A DNA stretch of 64,000 nt, taken from contig OZ024743.1 of the NCBI GenBank assembly GCA_964016885.1, forward strand, positions 345,650,001-345,714,000, read 5' to 3'. This DNA comes from Eledone cirrhosa (Eukaryota). Shown here piece after piece: positions 28,179-40,553 of the stretch (position 1 is its first letter; each line of letters starts with the position of its first letter). The translations under genes and the position numbers were made by a program. The notes under the pieces were generated by a model. It searched no databases. It had not been told where the DNA came from and saw nothing but the letters and a program-made list of their open reading frames with translations.

Positions 28179-29371
28179 TGTTTGTCTGTCTGTTTCTCTG
28201 ACTGTCTGTCTATTAAAGCATGCATTAAGTCGAACACTCCCAGGTTTTTAGTTACTGGTATCGCTTGACATCTATGACAAAAAATTGTAACACTACCAAT
28301 GAATTGAGTCAATTTCTCCCGTTTGCACAGCCAAAATTACTCAGATTCCCTTACTAGATTCTCTAGTTCTTCTTATTAATTCTCTTATCATTTTTTTTTA
28401 CTTCATTCTTATTGTGTGTTGGATCTCCGTCGTACTCGACGAGAAATGTTTCAGTTGTTAGTACAAAAAAATAATCCTGGTCATGGAATTAACGTTCAAG
28501 TAGCTGAGCACTCCAGAACCCTCAGGGAGATTTGATCACAGGAATAACTTATTTTGTCATGTGAGTAGGCTTATATAATGTGAAATTAAGGGTCTTGCTC
28601 GTGGACACAACGTTTCGCAGGGAACCGAAATCCTGACATTAATATCGTTAGCTGAAGAGCCCAAACAGTAAATCTTCAGGATATTTTTATTTCAGTAAAT
28701 CACTTCTCATACCAACTCCTATTAAGACCCCATCCCATATGTTCACTCACATCTCCTCCGCTCTTAAAACTGCTATCCTTTCTTCCTGTAGGTTAGCGGT
28801 TCCAAACCTTCAGTCTGCAGAACCTGGTGTTACGTAAACCTGAAGCCTGGGGCCTTAAGCTAAGTCCAATATTCTAAGTAGTTTATTGAAAACATAATAT
28901 ACAAAAATACACATTGTTGGCTTTCTATTTTTCTCAAAGTATAAAAATTCTTCTTTTGGTTATTATGATAGCGGGCATAAGAGTTAACAGTTACAGCCCT
29001 ATATATTCAAATTGCACCGTGGTCGTCCTTGACATTCCTCCTTCCGAGGTCAATAAAATACAGAAACAGTCATATACTGGTCTCGATATAATCGACGACT
29101 TACATCTCATCCCAAATTACCGAACTGGTATAACAATCTAGAAGGGAAAACAATCATTTAAATAAAACGTTCCTTGTTAATGAAATGCTTGGGAACCACT
29201 GCTATAATTGTGTCTTCTTTCCACATATTTACCACACCCTCACGTTTTGTTAGGTCTGTCTTGATTTCTTCTTCTATATACTTCCTCTACTCTTTCTACT
29301 CTTTCTACTCTTTCTACTCTTTCTACAGCTTTCTAAACCTATCCCACTTTCTCTTTGTATGATTCTCTAAC

Positions 29372-29372
<1 letters not shown>

Positions 29373-29402
<30 letters not shown>

Positions 29403-29578
29403 CTTCTTCTTCTTCTTCTTCTTCTTCTTCTTCTTCTTCTTCTTCTTCTTCTTCTTCTTCTTTATTGTTGTTCTTCCCTCTTCCTTGACTACTACTGCTG
29501 CCTTTGTTGCAACCCCCCTCCTACCACCACCACCGCCACCACCACCAATATCACCACCACCACCACCACTACAACTAA

Positions 29579-29651
<73 letters not shown>
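29373..29651. repeat. Compound triplet repeats (CTT)n, (CCA)n, (CTA)n
   Basis: Direct inspection. Confidence 0.95.
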
Positions 29652-29705
29652 TACACTTCTCTCTCTCGCTTTCTTCCACTATATAGAGTTCCGTCTCAAC
29701 TTCTT

Positions 29706-29884
29706 CGACGCAGAGCTCAAGCCGTTTCGACTGCTATTTCTGAAAATAGTCCATAAATAGCGGTCCAAACGGCTTGAGCTCTGCCGTCGGGGTCATACTT
29801 TTTTCCTATTACCCATCTACAACCCTAAGTATTGAGTACTCTGGTGCGTTATGGTCCATCTGGTTCCTTACCACAACTCCTTCG

Positions 29885-29886
<2 letters not shown>
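29706..29886. mobile_element. Family C 3' fragment with short 5' inversion
   Basis: About 29706-29742 is the reverse complement of the helix III region. 29748-29886 matches 30186-30323. Confidence 0.85.
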
Positions 29887-29944
<58 letters not shown>

Positions 29945-30134
29945 TAAAACATGTCTATAGATAGAATCACCAGATAAAATATATACCGTTTCCTCTCCCA
30001 ATTAGCATAATTAACCATATACTGGCAGGTTCAGCTACCCCTTCCTTCCACAAATTGCCATGATAGAATTATGTGTCTCAACAACAGACTTTTGACCAAT
30101 CCTTGTGACAATCACTTTTACCATATATGGAATT

Positions 30135-30230
30135 ACCCCCTGAGGAGCTCGGCTATTCATATACCGGGATACAAATTTTCATTTAGTCCAGAATTAGCCG
30201 TCGAAACGGCTTGAGCTCAGCCGTCGGGGT
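30135..30230 (+). ncRNA. Type I hammerhead ribozyme (family C)
   Basis: ACCCC-CTGAGGA-G ct CGGCTA...TAGCCG t C-GAAA-CGGC ttgagctca GCCG-TC-GGGGT. GUC triplet and palindromic loop 3 TGAGCTCA. The element spans about 29945-30323 between (TA)n runs. Confidence 0.88.
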
Positions 30231-30321
30231 CCTACTCGTTCCTATTACCCACTCTACTACCCTAAGTATTGAGTACTTTGGTGCGTTATGGTCCACCTGG
30301 TTCCTTACCACATTTCCTTTG

Positions 30322-30365
<44 letters not shown>

Positions 30366-30485
30366 TGAGTCGTCAAGTAGGATTGTAAAAATTTGCTTTT
30401 TTTCTAGAAATTTATACAAATCTCATACTTGACGACCCTGGCATTGTTAAATACGCCGGGTCCGTCAACTTCTCATTATATGCGG

Positions 30486-30862
30486 GCAGTGGATTGGCAG
30501 TATCGGTAGAGGGTCGGGCGCCATGCATTGAAGCATAGAGTTACCTAACTTTATGATCTGAGTTCAAATCCCGCCGAGATTAACTTTGCCTTCCATCATT
30601 ACGAGGTCGATGAAATAAAGTACCAGTAATGCACTGGAATAATTGCTGGCCTGGTGCCAAAAGTAGAAACAATTATATGCGATGGATTGGCAGTATCGGA
30701 AGAGGGTTGGACGCCATGCTTTGATGCATAGAGTTACGGCCCTTGCCATTCTGAGTTCAAATCCCGCCGAGGTTAACTTTGTCTTTCATCCTTACGAGGT
30801 CGATATAATAAAGTACCAGTAATGCACTGGGTATTTGCTGGCCTTGTGCCAAAAGTAGAAAC

Positions 30863-30866
<4 letters not shown>
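30486..30866 (+). mobile_element. Two tandem SINE family 1 copies
   Basis: TGGATTGGCAGTATCGG and GAGTTCAAATCC occur twice. TTATATGCG at 30477 and 30673 looks like a TSD of the first copy. Confidence 0.88.
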
Positions 30867-30923
<57 letters not shown>

Positions 30924-30959
30924 GAAAAATTGAACGGGAACAAAACAGAGAGGCAGTAC

Positions 30960-31800
30960 AAACAAATGTTTATTAATTTTACTTCGGCTGATAGCACACT
31001 TCGAAATATCGTTATAGCTCTGGTTCATCCAAACTTTTGAGCCCTCTGCCACACATGTCGAAGATTGTTTATCGTCATTTCGTTGGCCGAGATTCTGATT
31101 CTCGATTATTTACTTGTATTAATCTCCAGGCTTTAGCTATTGACCAGTTAATTTTATTGATTTTTTAGCTGATCTTATTGACTGATGAATAGCTCTTGTT
31201 TATTTTAACACGTCTGTTGAGAACTCTTATTCGATATCTGATTTTTTGTATTCTTACAAAATTTACACTTACTGAATTCTTTCGCCAAATCAGGGTCCCC
31301 CCCCTTGTTGGACTACACGTGCGTTCAGTAACGGGTCCCCCTGTATTTTTGAACGAAACATCCGCTGAGAAAGCAGTTTCCACGTTCATCTCTTTACTAG
31401 AAGTCAGAGATATTTTTTTATGTGGGCTGACAGTAATTGATTAAGGAACTGCAGAAACCCCAAAAGCTAGAATTTAACATCCTTCTAGCGGGTCCGGGTG
31501 AGTTTTTACATTCATTTAATTTATTAATTTATTAATTTTTATTTGAATGACCCGAATTTTCCTGGTCGTTTTTTTCGGCTGTGCGAATGATTCTAGGCAT
31601 CGTCTCTATGTGTTGGTATTTTAACGATAGTTATAGCTCTGGTTCATCCAAACTATTGAGCCCTCTGCCACACATGTCGAAGATTGTTTATCGTTATTTC
31701 GTGGGCCGAGATTCTGATTCTCGATTATTTACTTGTATATATATATATATATACATATTTAGAAGTGTGCTATCAGCCGAAGTGTATGATAAAGTTTTAT
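30960..31800. repeat. Unclassified element with ~110-bp direct repeat and 27-bp inverted repeat
   Basis: 31010-31119 matches 31630-31737. 30981-31007 is approximately the reverse complement of 31757-31783. Confidence 0.7.
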
Positions 31801-31893
31801 CTGTATTTATTGACATAACTTTTTTACTTGTTTCAGTCTATCTCCTCTTTGTCTTCTGAAGTCTCTCTCTCTCTTCTCCCCCTCTCTCTCTCG

Positions 31894-31932
<39 letters not shown>

Positions 31933-31971
31933 GATTCGGAATTCAACTAAACAAACCCATCTCTATTACAT

Positions 31972-32087
31972 TAAGTTCAAATCCCGCCGTGGTTAACTTT
32001 GCCTTTCATCCTTACGGGGTCGATAAAATAAAGTACCAGTAATGCACTAGTTTATTTGCTGTCCTTGTGCCAAAAGTAGAAACAATT
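31972..32087 (+). mobile_element. SINE family 1, 5'-truncated
   Basis: GTTCAAATCCCGCCG..GCCTTTCATCC..GTGCCAAAAGTAGAAACAATT. Confidence 0.85.
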
Positions 32088-32149
32088 AAAATCTTCATCT
32101 CAACTTTCCCCCACTATCTCTTTAACGTTTACTCCATTTCTATTTATCA

Positions 32150-33560
32150 ATCTCTCAATTTGTGTTCTTCTCGTATCTTTCTTTCTCTCGGTCTCTTTCC
32201 TTCTCTCTATCTCTCATTTTGTCTCCCTCCCTCTCCCCACTTTATCTCCCTCTCTCTTTTTTACTCTCTCTTATCTCCTATACAAACAACTCTCATCTCA
32301 AATCTGTCACTTTCTCTCTTACTGCTACTCTCACTATCTCTCATATACTGCCACTGTATAATTCCCACTCTCTATTTCTCTCTTATTACTGCTCTATCTC
32401 TTCTATATTGCTGCTTTACTCGTCTCTCTCTCTCTCTCTCTCTCTCCCTCTCTCTGCATCTCTCGCTCCTCTTCTCTCTTTCTCTCTCTTTCCCTCTCTC
32501 TCTCTCAGCCTTCTTTTATTTAACACTCTCTTTCTCTCTATTTTTCTCTGTCCCCTTCTCTTTTTCTCTCTTCCCCCCTCTCTCTTTCTCTCTGTCCCCT
32601 TCTCTCTTTCTCTCTCTCAGCCTTCTTTTATTTAACACATACACACACACACTCTCTCTTTCTTTCTTTCTCTCTGTCCCCTTCTCTTTTTCTTTCTTTC
32701 CCCCTCTCTCTCTCTCGGCATTCTTTTATTTAACACTCTTTCTCTCTCTGATCCCTCCGCTTTTCCTCTGTTACTTTCTTAACTCTCACCTCATACTGAA
32801 ACCCATCATTGTACACTACCTGCCACCACAACTCTGCTTAACACTTTCACATTATCATCAATTCTCTCTCTCTCTCTCTCTCTCACACACTCTCTCTCTC
32901 TCTCTCCCTCTTGCTCTATCTTACTTTGCCTTTTTGCCACTTTCTTCTCTCTCTCTCCCTCTCTCTTTCTCTCTCTCTCTCTCTATCTTACTTTGCCTTT
33001 TTTCCACTTTCCTCTCGCCCCCCCCTCTCTCTCTATCTATCTATCTTACTTTGTCTTTTTTCCACTTTCCTCTCGCCCCCTCTCTCTCTCTATCTATCTT
33101 TGCCTTTTTCCACTTTCCTCTCCCCCACCCCTCCCCCCTCTCTCTCTATCTGTCTATCTATCTATCTATCTAACTTACTTTGCCTCTTTTCCACTTTCCT
33201 CTCATTCAGTCCTCTCTCTCTCACTAACTCACTAACTCACTAACTCTTACTGTATATCACCACCTTTTCTTCTCTCATTCTATCTTCCTCTCAGTTATTC
33301 TCTCTCTCTCTCTCTCCTCCCCGCCATTACCATATTCATCCCACTCCTACCTCTCTCTTTCATTCCATATTTCTCCATTTACCCCTGTCACACACACAAC
33401 CTTACCGTTACGATATTTCAGCAGCTTCCTCTCACCACTTCTTTCTTTCCATCTTCCTCTATTTCAGGCCCACTCTGTATATATATCTCTCTCTCTCTCT
33501 TCCTCTCACTTTCTCACTTTCTCACTCCTTTCTCTATCTAGTTAGTGCCCCCCCCCATCT
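32150..33560. repeat. Long CT-rich polypyrimidine tract with diverged ~55-65 bp repeats
   Basis: (CT)n blocks. An ACTTTGCCTTTTTCCACTTTCCTCTC-like unit recurs about 5 times in 32915-33200. Confidence 0.85.
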
Positions 33561-35124
33561 TTATACTACTCATCACTCACATCGTGGTAGGAGGAAGGGG
33601 AGGGTGATCAACTCCCCCGTTGTTTCATATTGACAGATGACAGATTCCTTGTTAGCTTTGTTACTGATAGTGAGGGGAAGTGGGAGAAAGGTCAATTGCT
33701 TATTGATATAAGCGACTGAACCCTTCACCACCCAATTTCACACACATACACAAACACACACCCGCGCGCGCGCACAGACACACACACACACACATCACTA
33801 TTGACTACAATAGTCACTACTTCTAACATAGTGGATGGGTAGTGTTCGTCTTAGAGAGTATTAATGGTGATACAGTAGTGGCGGCTGGGTACTAGTAGTT
33901 AACAGTGGTAGCGTGTTGGTGGGTGGCGTGTTGGCTGTGGCGTGGTAGTGGTGAGGTAGATGGGTAGACGTGGACAGTGTTGTGGGGATGGTGAGTATTT
34001 GTGGTGTGTACTAGTTGTGGCGGTAGTACTGGTGTTGGTGCGTACGAAAAGTGAGGTGGTGATGCTGGTGGGTATGTGTGATAAAGGTGATGGTAGTGGC
34101 GGTAGAAGTTACTAGTGTTAGAATTGGTTGTTGTCGTGGTTGATAGTGGTGAACTGATAGCGGTGTTGTTTACTATTGGTGAAAGTGGTGGTGGTTATTT
34201 AGTTCGGTGTTGATCCAGCGGAAATCTGACCAAACACATGATGACATGACCATTATACCCTTTCCCCAGACAACTAGATCTGTATTTTTCAATGTCGTGG
34301 CTGCATTCATGATGTGAAATATGAAATTTCACTGCTATTTCTACCAGGTCAAGCTCCCACATTAAGCCTCTCTGGTTGACGATGGTGGACCTGGTGGAAT
34401 AGAGTTATTGTTTTGGTTGTAGTAATAATACTTATAAGGTATTTGTTCTGGATCCCCGCGCTCTGAATACAAATGCCACCGAGGTAACCTTTGCCTTTTA
34501 TCCTTCGATCTAATCGTCTTTCTCCCCCGCCCTAAAATGTCCATCCTTATGGGGTTCATAAAACGCTTTTCGTTCGGTTTAATCAATGTTCCCCTTCCCT
34601 TTAAATTGCTGGCCTTGAGCCAAATGTAGAAATAATTTCTTATGGAGGTGATAGAACGCAGGAAATTTGTTCTGTGGAATTTGTTCTGTATCTCTGCACT
34701 CTGATTTGAAAACTCATCAAGGTCATATTTGCCTTTTATCCTTCGATCTAATCGTCTTTCCCCGCCGTCCTAAAATTTCTGTCCTTGTGCTTAAATTACA
34801 CAGCTCCTGTTTTACCCTCGCACCGAAGGTAGGTCACTATTTACCGGTTTAAAGCCATTTTGGAGTTCTTTATTTTTATGACTTAAGAACCATATAGAGA
34901 AATAGATAAGTCTAGTATAAGTTGTCCACAATTCAAAGTAGTCTACACAGACCATAAATTTGTGACGTATATAGTCGACATAAATAGGCTTTACAGATAT
35001 AGACTCGGTTACTGGAAGCTGGACTTGTATTTTTCGGTGTGCGAAGATTACAGCTACCGGATTAGCGAATTAGTTAAGCAAGCTTTAACGATAGCAATAA
35101 TTAACAATACATGGTGGTTCGCCC

Positions 35125-35488
35125 TGAAAATGGACATCCAGCTTCTGAACACGTGACAGAAGTCAGCTACCTTGCAGGCAGCCTCCAGGTATCGATGGTC
35201 GACATTATCGAAAGTTTCGATTGATCTAAATTGGTCAGAGTCCCACCGAAGCCAGGTTTACATCCTACACACTCCATGATATACCGCATGAGGTGGAGGT
35301 TGTCGTGTATGGACCTAGTCGGGATTGCGCCTCCCTACCAAAAACTCGACGACAAGCACCAACATATCGCTAACACCTTGGCCAAAATCTTAAACACTGT
35401 GTTTAGCGGTGTTATGGGCCTGAAGTTGTCTAATGTATCCCTCTTGTTCTCGTCTTACCTCATCAGCGTTACTACACCCCGGCTCACA
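35125..35488 (-). mobile_element. Tx1/L1-type LINE RT N-terminal fragment
   Basis: Minus strand: VVTLMR*DENKRDTLDNFRPITPLNTVFKILAKVLA..GAIPTRSIHDNLHLMRYI..NLDQSKTFDNVDHRYL. Confidence 0.88.
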
Positions 35489-35489
35489 T

Positions 35490-36170
35490 AACTGGGAATA
35501 CTCCCGTTCTGCTGCCAGTTACAGTTGAGCGCTTCGAGCAAATCACAGAACATGTCTGGCATATCTACGTAAAGTTCGAGATGCGCGCAAAGCGACGAAA
35601 TCGTTCTGCACGCACTCGTCTAGTGTCTGCATTACTGAATTGTGGAGTTATGTCGAACAGCTGTTCTTGCGTGTAGAACAGATGCGGATATTGACCGAGT
35701 CCATAGTGAAGATCGCCCCGCCGCCCTATTTTGGCCGGGAAGAGCAGTCAGTTTTCCTCTTTCTGGTGGCGGTAATGAAAGAGAGTTGGTGGTGGACCAG
35801 GTTGAAAGGACTGAAGCCAGACACTTTTATATTCGGCCAATCTCTCATCAACATTATTCAAGTTTCACTTGGAAAGGGATGTAAGGGTGAAGAGATAAGT
35901 GCTACCCCCAAGAACCTTTTCTAAAAGGTGGGTGAACGTGGCGAGAATGGCCTGTGTGAATGGGTTTACTCTGAGCATGCGCCTATAGGGTGGTTAATTC
36001 AAGAGGAAGATGGGTGCCCTTCCAGGTTGCCCTCGAATCGTCGGGTGGTTCAGGATTGGTGGGGTAGCAGAGTCGTCCCTGGTTTGTTTTCCCCCACCCC
36101 TAAATTTGGTTATATTTTATATATTCTTATATTTTATATATTTTTATTGTTAATTGTTTTTGTTATTTTG
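35490..36170 (+). mobile_element. Tx1/L1-type LINE ORF2 C-terminus (zinc-binding region) and 3' UTR
   Basis: SRCAQSDEIVLHALV*C (CxxC..E..H...C pattern), then LWSYVEQL..VAVMKESWWWTRLKG..KRWVNVARM. Confidence 0.78.
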
Positions 36171-36203
36171 CATTTTAGACTCGGTTTAATGGTAAAACAC
36201 CAG

Positions 36204-36390
<187 letters not shown>

Positions 36391-36879
36391 GAGAAGCAGA
36401 AATATTGTTAGAAGTGATATTGGTGGTAGTTATGCTAGGAATTAGTAGTACTGGTAGTGGCAATATTCATGGTGGTTATGGTGGTAGTAGCGATATTAGC
36501 GGTCGTGGTGATGCTAGTTATAGGTCGTAAAGTACGTTTATGGGGCAAAGTAAACATGGTAAATACAAAAAGATAGGAATCTAGAAACATTTAGAGATGT
36601 CATATTTTACTGATTAGATTCAATGGTTCTGCTGTTGCTGTTTTTGTTGTTGGTGACGTTGATGTTGGAGTTTGTGATGGTTGATTGATGGGCTGAATGT
36701 TGATGTTTCAACCCGAAATTATTGTGGAACTTAAGTATACAATGAGGAAAGTATTAAAAAAGAAAAGTATTAAGATAATATAAGGAAAAGAGAAATATGT
36801 GAAAAGGAGGAGAGGGGAGAAAAATTGAATACTGAAAAACGAAAGGAAAAGGAGAGGAAATACTTTGCACCCTTGGTTG

Positions 36880-37730
36880 GGTGGTATATCTCATTTGGGA
36901 GAAATATGGCGAAAAAATTGTCACGAAGAACAGCCAAAACACCCACTACGTCACACACTTCACGCAGAACGTATTTTCAAGATTTTGTGGACGGAGGTCT
37001 CGACGAAAAACCTCACAAAACGGATGCCTCGATCAGATGCGTTTGAAGCAGGCTTATGAGGAAAAGCGTTGTGTCCATGACCAAACCGTCTTTTTGTATA
37101 TTTTGGACACAAATACGCAAAGTAGGAGCTGCCATCCCCATTCTTTGGGGTTACTGGAAAGCAAAGATTCTGAGTGAGGAAAGAAGCAAAGAATACAAAT
37201 TAGTATTTGGTTGTAAACCACGAATTAATTGCCGAACCGTATACAATGATGAATGTGCTAAAATCAAAGAAAATTTACATGAAGAGAGAAAATGAGAAAA
37301 GGGGTTAAATAATGAAAACAGTGTAAGAATGAGGGAGGTGACAAATTCTACACACTTGGCTGGACGGTACATCTTAACTGCGCCCCGCGGTCTTGATGGG
37401 AAAGACATTGCCACGGAGAGCAGCCTGCGACAACCACTGCATCAGCCATCCCATCACACAGCATAACTTCCTCATGTGGAAAACAGCAGTCCGGGGATCG
37501 AGACCAACGTTCATTTCTCGATATTTGGATATCTTCCGCCTGACGAGCCGTGGTCTCCGGGTTTGGAGCAAAAGCAGTCCATCATCTAGTTATACAATAA
37601 ATGCTGAAATTAAATCATTTTCGTGCCAATCACCGCGGAGACCTTCTCAGTCCTTGTTTCTTGAACTGCTCTTTTCCTCCATAAAATCGAAAAGACAGCA
37701 GCCCGCCATCGCGAAGAGCTTCGGGGCGTG
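36880..37730. mobile_element. Probable decayed non-LTR retrotransposon fragments
   Basis: The minus strand at 37565-37728 reads PKLFAM...IV*LDDGLLL, resembling RT motifs. The plus strand at 36880-37300 has broken coding-like frames. Family unclear. Confidence 0.4.
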
Positions 37731-37744
37731 AGGTGGCTTTTACA

Positions 37745-37943
37745 GCGGGTGGATTGACAGTATCGGAAAAGCGTCGGGTGTCGACCCTTTACGTTCTAAA
37801 TTAAATGCCACCGAGTTTAGTTTTGCCTTTCATCATTACGTTGTCGATAAGATAAAACACCAGTAATGCACTAGGGGTGATTTAATCGACTTTTCCTTCC
37901 TCCCAAAATTGTTGGCCTAGTGCCTAAATCAGAAACCATTAAT
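37745..37943 (+). mobile_element. SINE family 1 variant
   Basis: GGGTGGATTGACAGTATCGG head, GCCTTTCATC, CCAGTAATGCACT, GTGCCTAAATCAGAAAC tail. Confidence 0.8.
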
Positions 37944-38363
37944 ACTCGTTGTAGCGGTAGAAGTAGGGTTTGAAGAAGTATTGGTAGTATTATTAGTGGT
38001 ACTGGATATTTTATCCGTGATAATTTTGGAGGTAGCATTAATTTTAGTAGACATGGTTGTACAGGTTGCAGTAGTGTCGGTAGTAGTAGTGGTATTGTAT
38101 GTGGCACTAGTAGCGTTAATGATGGAGGTAGAAAATGTGATTGTGATGGAAGTAGCTGTGGTACTAGTTGCTGATTAGTAGGGGCAATAGAAGAAGCAAT
38201 GGTAGTAGGGTTGGTAGTATATATGGTACGCAATGACATAATAATGGAGGTTTTAGTAATGGTAGTATTGGAGATAGTATTGATGGTACAATTTGTGGAA
38301 CTAATAGTTGTTGTAGTGGTGGCAATGGTAATACTGGTGAAGGTAGTAGTAGTCATAGTCAAG

Positions 38364-38403
<40 letters not shown>

Positions 38404-39335
38404 AAGAGCGGAAAAAGTAGCAGCAGTATCATTAGTAGTAGTAGTAGTGGTGGTGGTGGTTGTGGTGGTACGAGGTGTTATAGTAAATGATCATAGCAGT
38501 TTTGTTAGTAGTGGTGATAGTGTTAGTGGTGGTAGTGACAGAATTATTAGAGTTGGTAGGTGTTGTATTAGTTGCGGTGTTGGAATGGAATGGTATGTGG
38601 TGGAGCTTCTATTAGAATTATTGATGGATATGAGTCAAGCAGACTTACAATCAAAGGCTTTTCAAGCGTGACTATCATATATTTTTCAGAAACAATGTAT
38701 CTAGACAACCTATTTCAATATGTACATTACAATTGGTGGTGGTGGTGGTGGTGGTGGTTATCCGCGGTTCAGCCCCGATTCAAGAGAATTGTCATCAACA
38801 TTTTACCATCCGTGAAAAAATCAAATCGTTTTTTCTTCTTTTTAAACAAAGTTTATCAAAAACCGCATTATCCAGTTGGCGTTTCATTTTTTTTTCTTTT
38901 ATCAAAGGACGGTGTATATATATATAAGATAATTGGGCTCCTATTTCTAGTACTTAAAACAAATACGTCATAAACCACACTTTACTCGTCTATTAGTTAT
39001 CTTGACAGTGTTGTGAATTTGGTGAGTGTACTTGTAATGTCTGTTGCATCAATAGTAATAAGGTGTTATTTAACCTGGTATAGAGAGCATAAGATCAAAT
39101 GCGTTCCAGCTGTGACCATCTTGTGACGATCTTGTTATTTTTACAATTAGTTTTTCCCATCAACTTGAATATTTAATAATTGAAAGGGTTAATATATGTT
39201 ATTATATATTAAAATGGTCTAGTAACGATTAAGCTACCATATATATTAATCAGCATATAGGGAGAAGTACACAGAGATAAGCGTGTTTTCTTAGTTATCA
39301 TATAAATGTTTAGAAGTGTTGATTGTATTGAAGGG

Positions 39336-39417
39336 CATCCGCTGATGAGCCACATCTACAATATGTATTCTTTACTTTTTAGAGCGAAACATACTCTAAT
39401 TTGAGCATGTCCGCGTG
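39336..39417 (+). ncRNA. Type I hammerhead ribozyme with full helix III
   Basis: CATCCG-CTGATGA-GC..TCTA...TAGA GC-GAAA-CATACTC taattt GAGCATG-TC-CGCGTG. Intact core, GUC triplet, one mismatch each in helices I and III. Confidence 0.78.
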
Positions 39418-40435
39418 TTATACTTATAATTGGATGGTTAATACACTTTAATATATTCTCTTAATTGATTTATATTCGTCACTCTGGTGGTTTTCGATCT
39501 CCTTGATTGAACACATATCTCTATGAGTACTTCTCTCTATATGGTAATTTATAAAGAGCCAGGAATCTATCCTTGAGCTCATTAAATTATAAGGGATCAA
39601 TGTGAGTCTTTAACTTTGATATATAGATATATGTGTGGGGGTGTCTCTATGTGTGAGTGTGTGTGTATATGTGTATGTGTGTGTGTATGTGTTTCTGCGT
39701 GTGCGTGTGCGTGTGTGTATGTGTGTGTGCGTATGTGTGTGTGTATGTGTGTGTGTGTGCGCGTGCGTGTGCGTGTGTGTATGTGTGTGTGCATATGCGC
39801 GCGCGCGCGCGTGTGTGTATGTGAGTGTGTTTGTGAGTGTGTGTTTCCGTGCGTGTGAGGGCATTTATGTGTGCTTTATCACTGACTGAAGAGTCTTTCT
39901 TCGTGACCCATCCAACGTTTATGAAACTGCAGAACCCCCAAATTGAAAAAGATTTTAAGGCTGAAATCTGTATAGATCCACGATTTGATGTCAATAGAAT
40001 ATTTTTTTTTGTGTGTAATGTCTGTTAGTCTACATCAATATTTTGAGGCTCGGGCTATTATATATTTTTCAGACAATATGGTTTTCTGATTTATTGAATG
40101 CCACCGGAAATTATTTTCGTATAATTTTCTTACTAATGCACGTTTTAATGAAACTTCGCAGTAATACGCTTTCGAATGTGTTAATTAATTCAGAAAGATA
40201 AGATAACATTTTGCATAATTCAGGAAATAGTAATTTCAAGTAATTTAAGAAAAATCTATATTCAAGGATAGATGTTACTTCGGCAAATTCATTAGAAGAT
40301 ACATCATAAGATTTTTAGATTAATAAATTATTTTGGTGTTCATATTGAGGGATATATTTTCTGCGTTATATTAACCGTAGTGTTTCTTTGATTTCATAGT
40401 CTTCAAATTAACAGATAGCTGTTGAATATAGCTAA

Positions 40436-40488
<53 letters not shown>

Positions 40489-40553
40489 AATATATTGATA
40501 TATATATATTGATATATATATGAATATATATCTATATATATTATATATATACA

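Noticed and set aside
32067-33173. Longest ORF (368 aa, L/S/F-rich)
   Set aside because: It starts in a SINE tail and runs through a CT-rich tract that lacks stops by composition.
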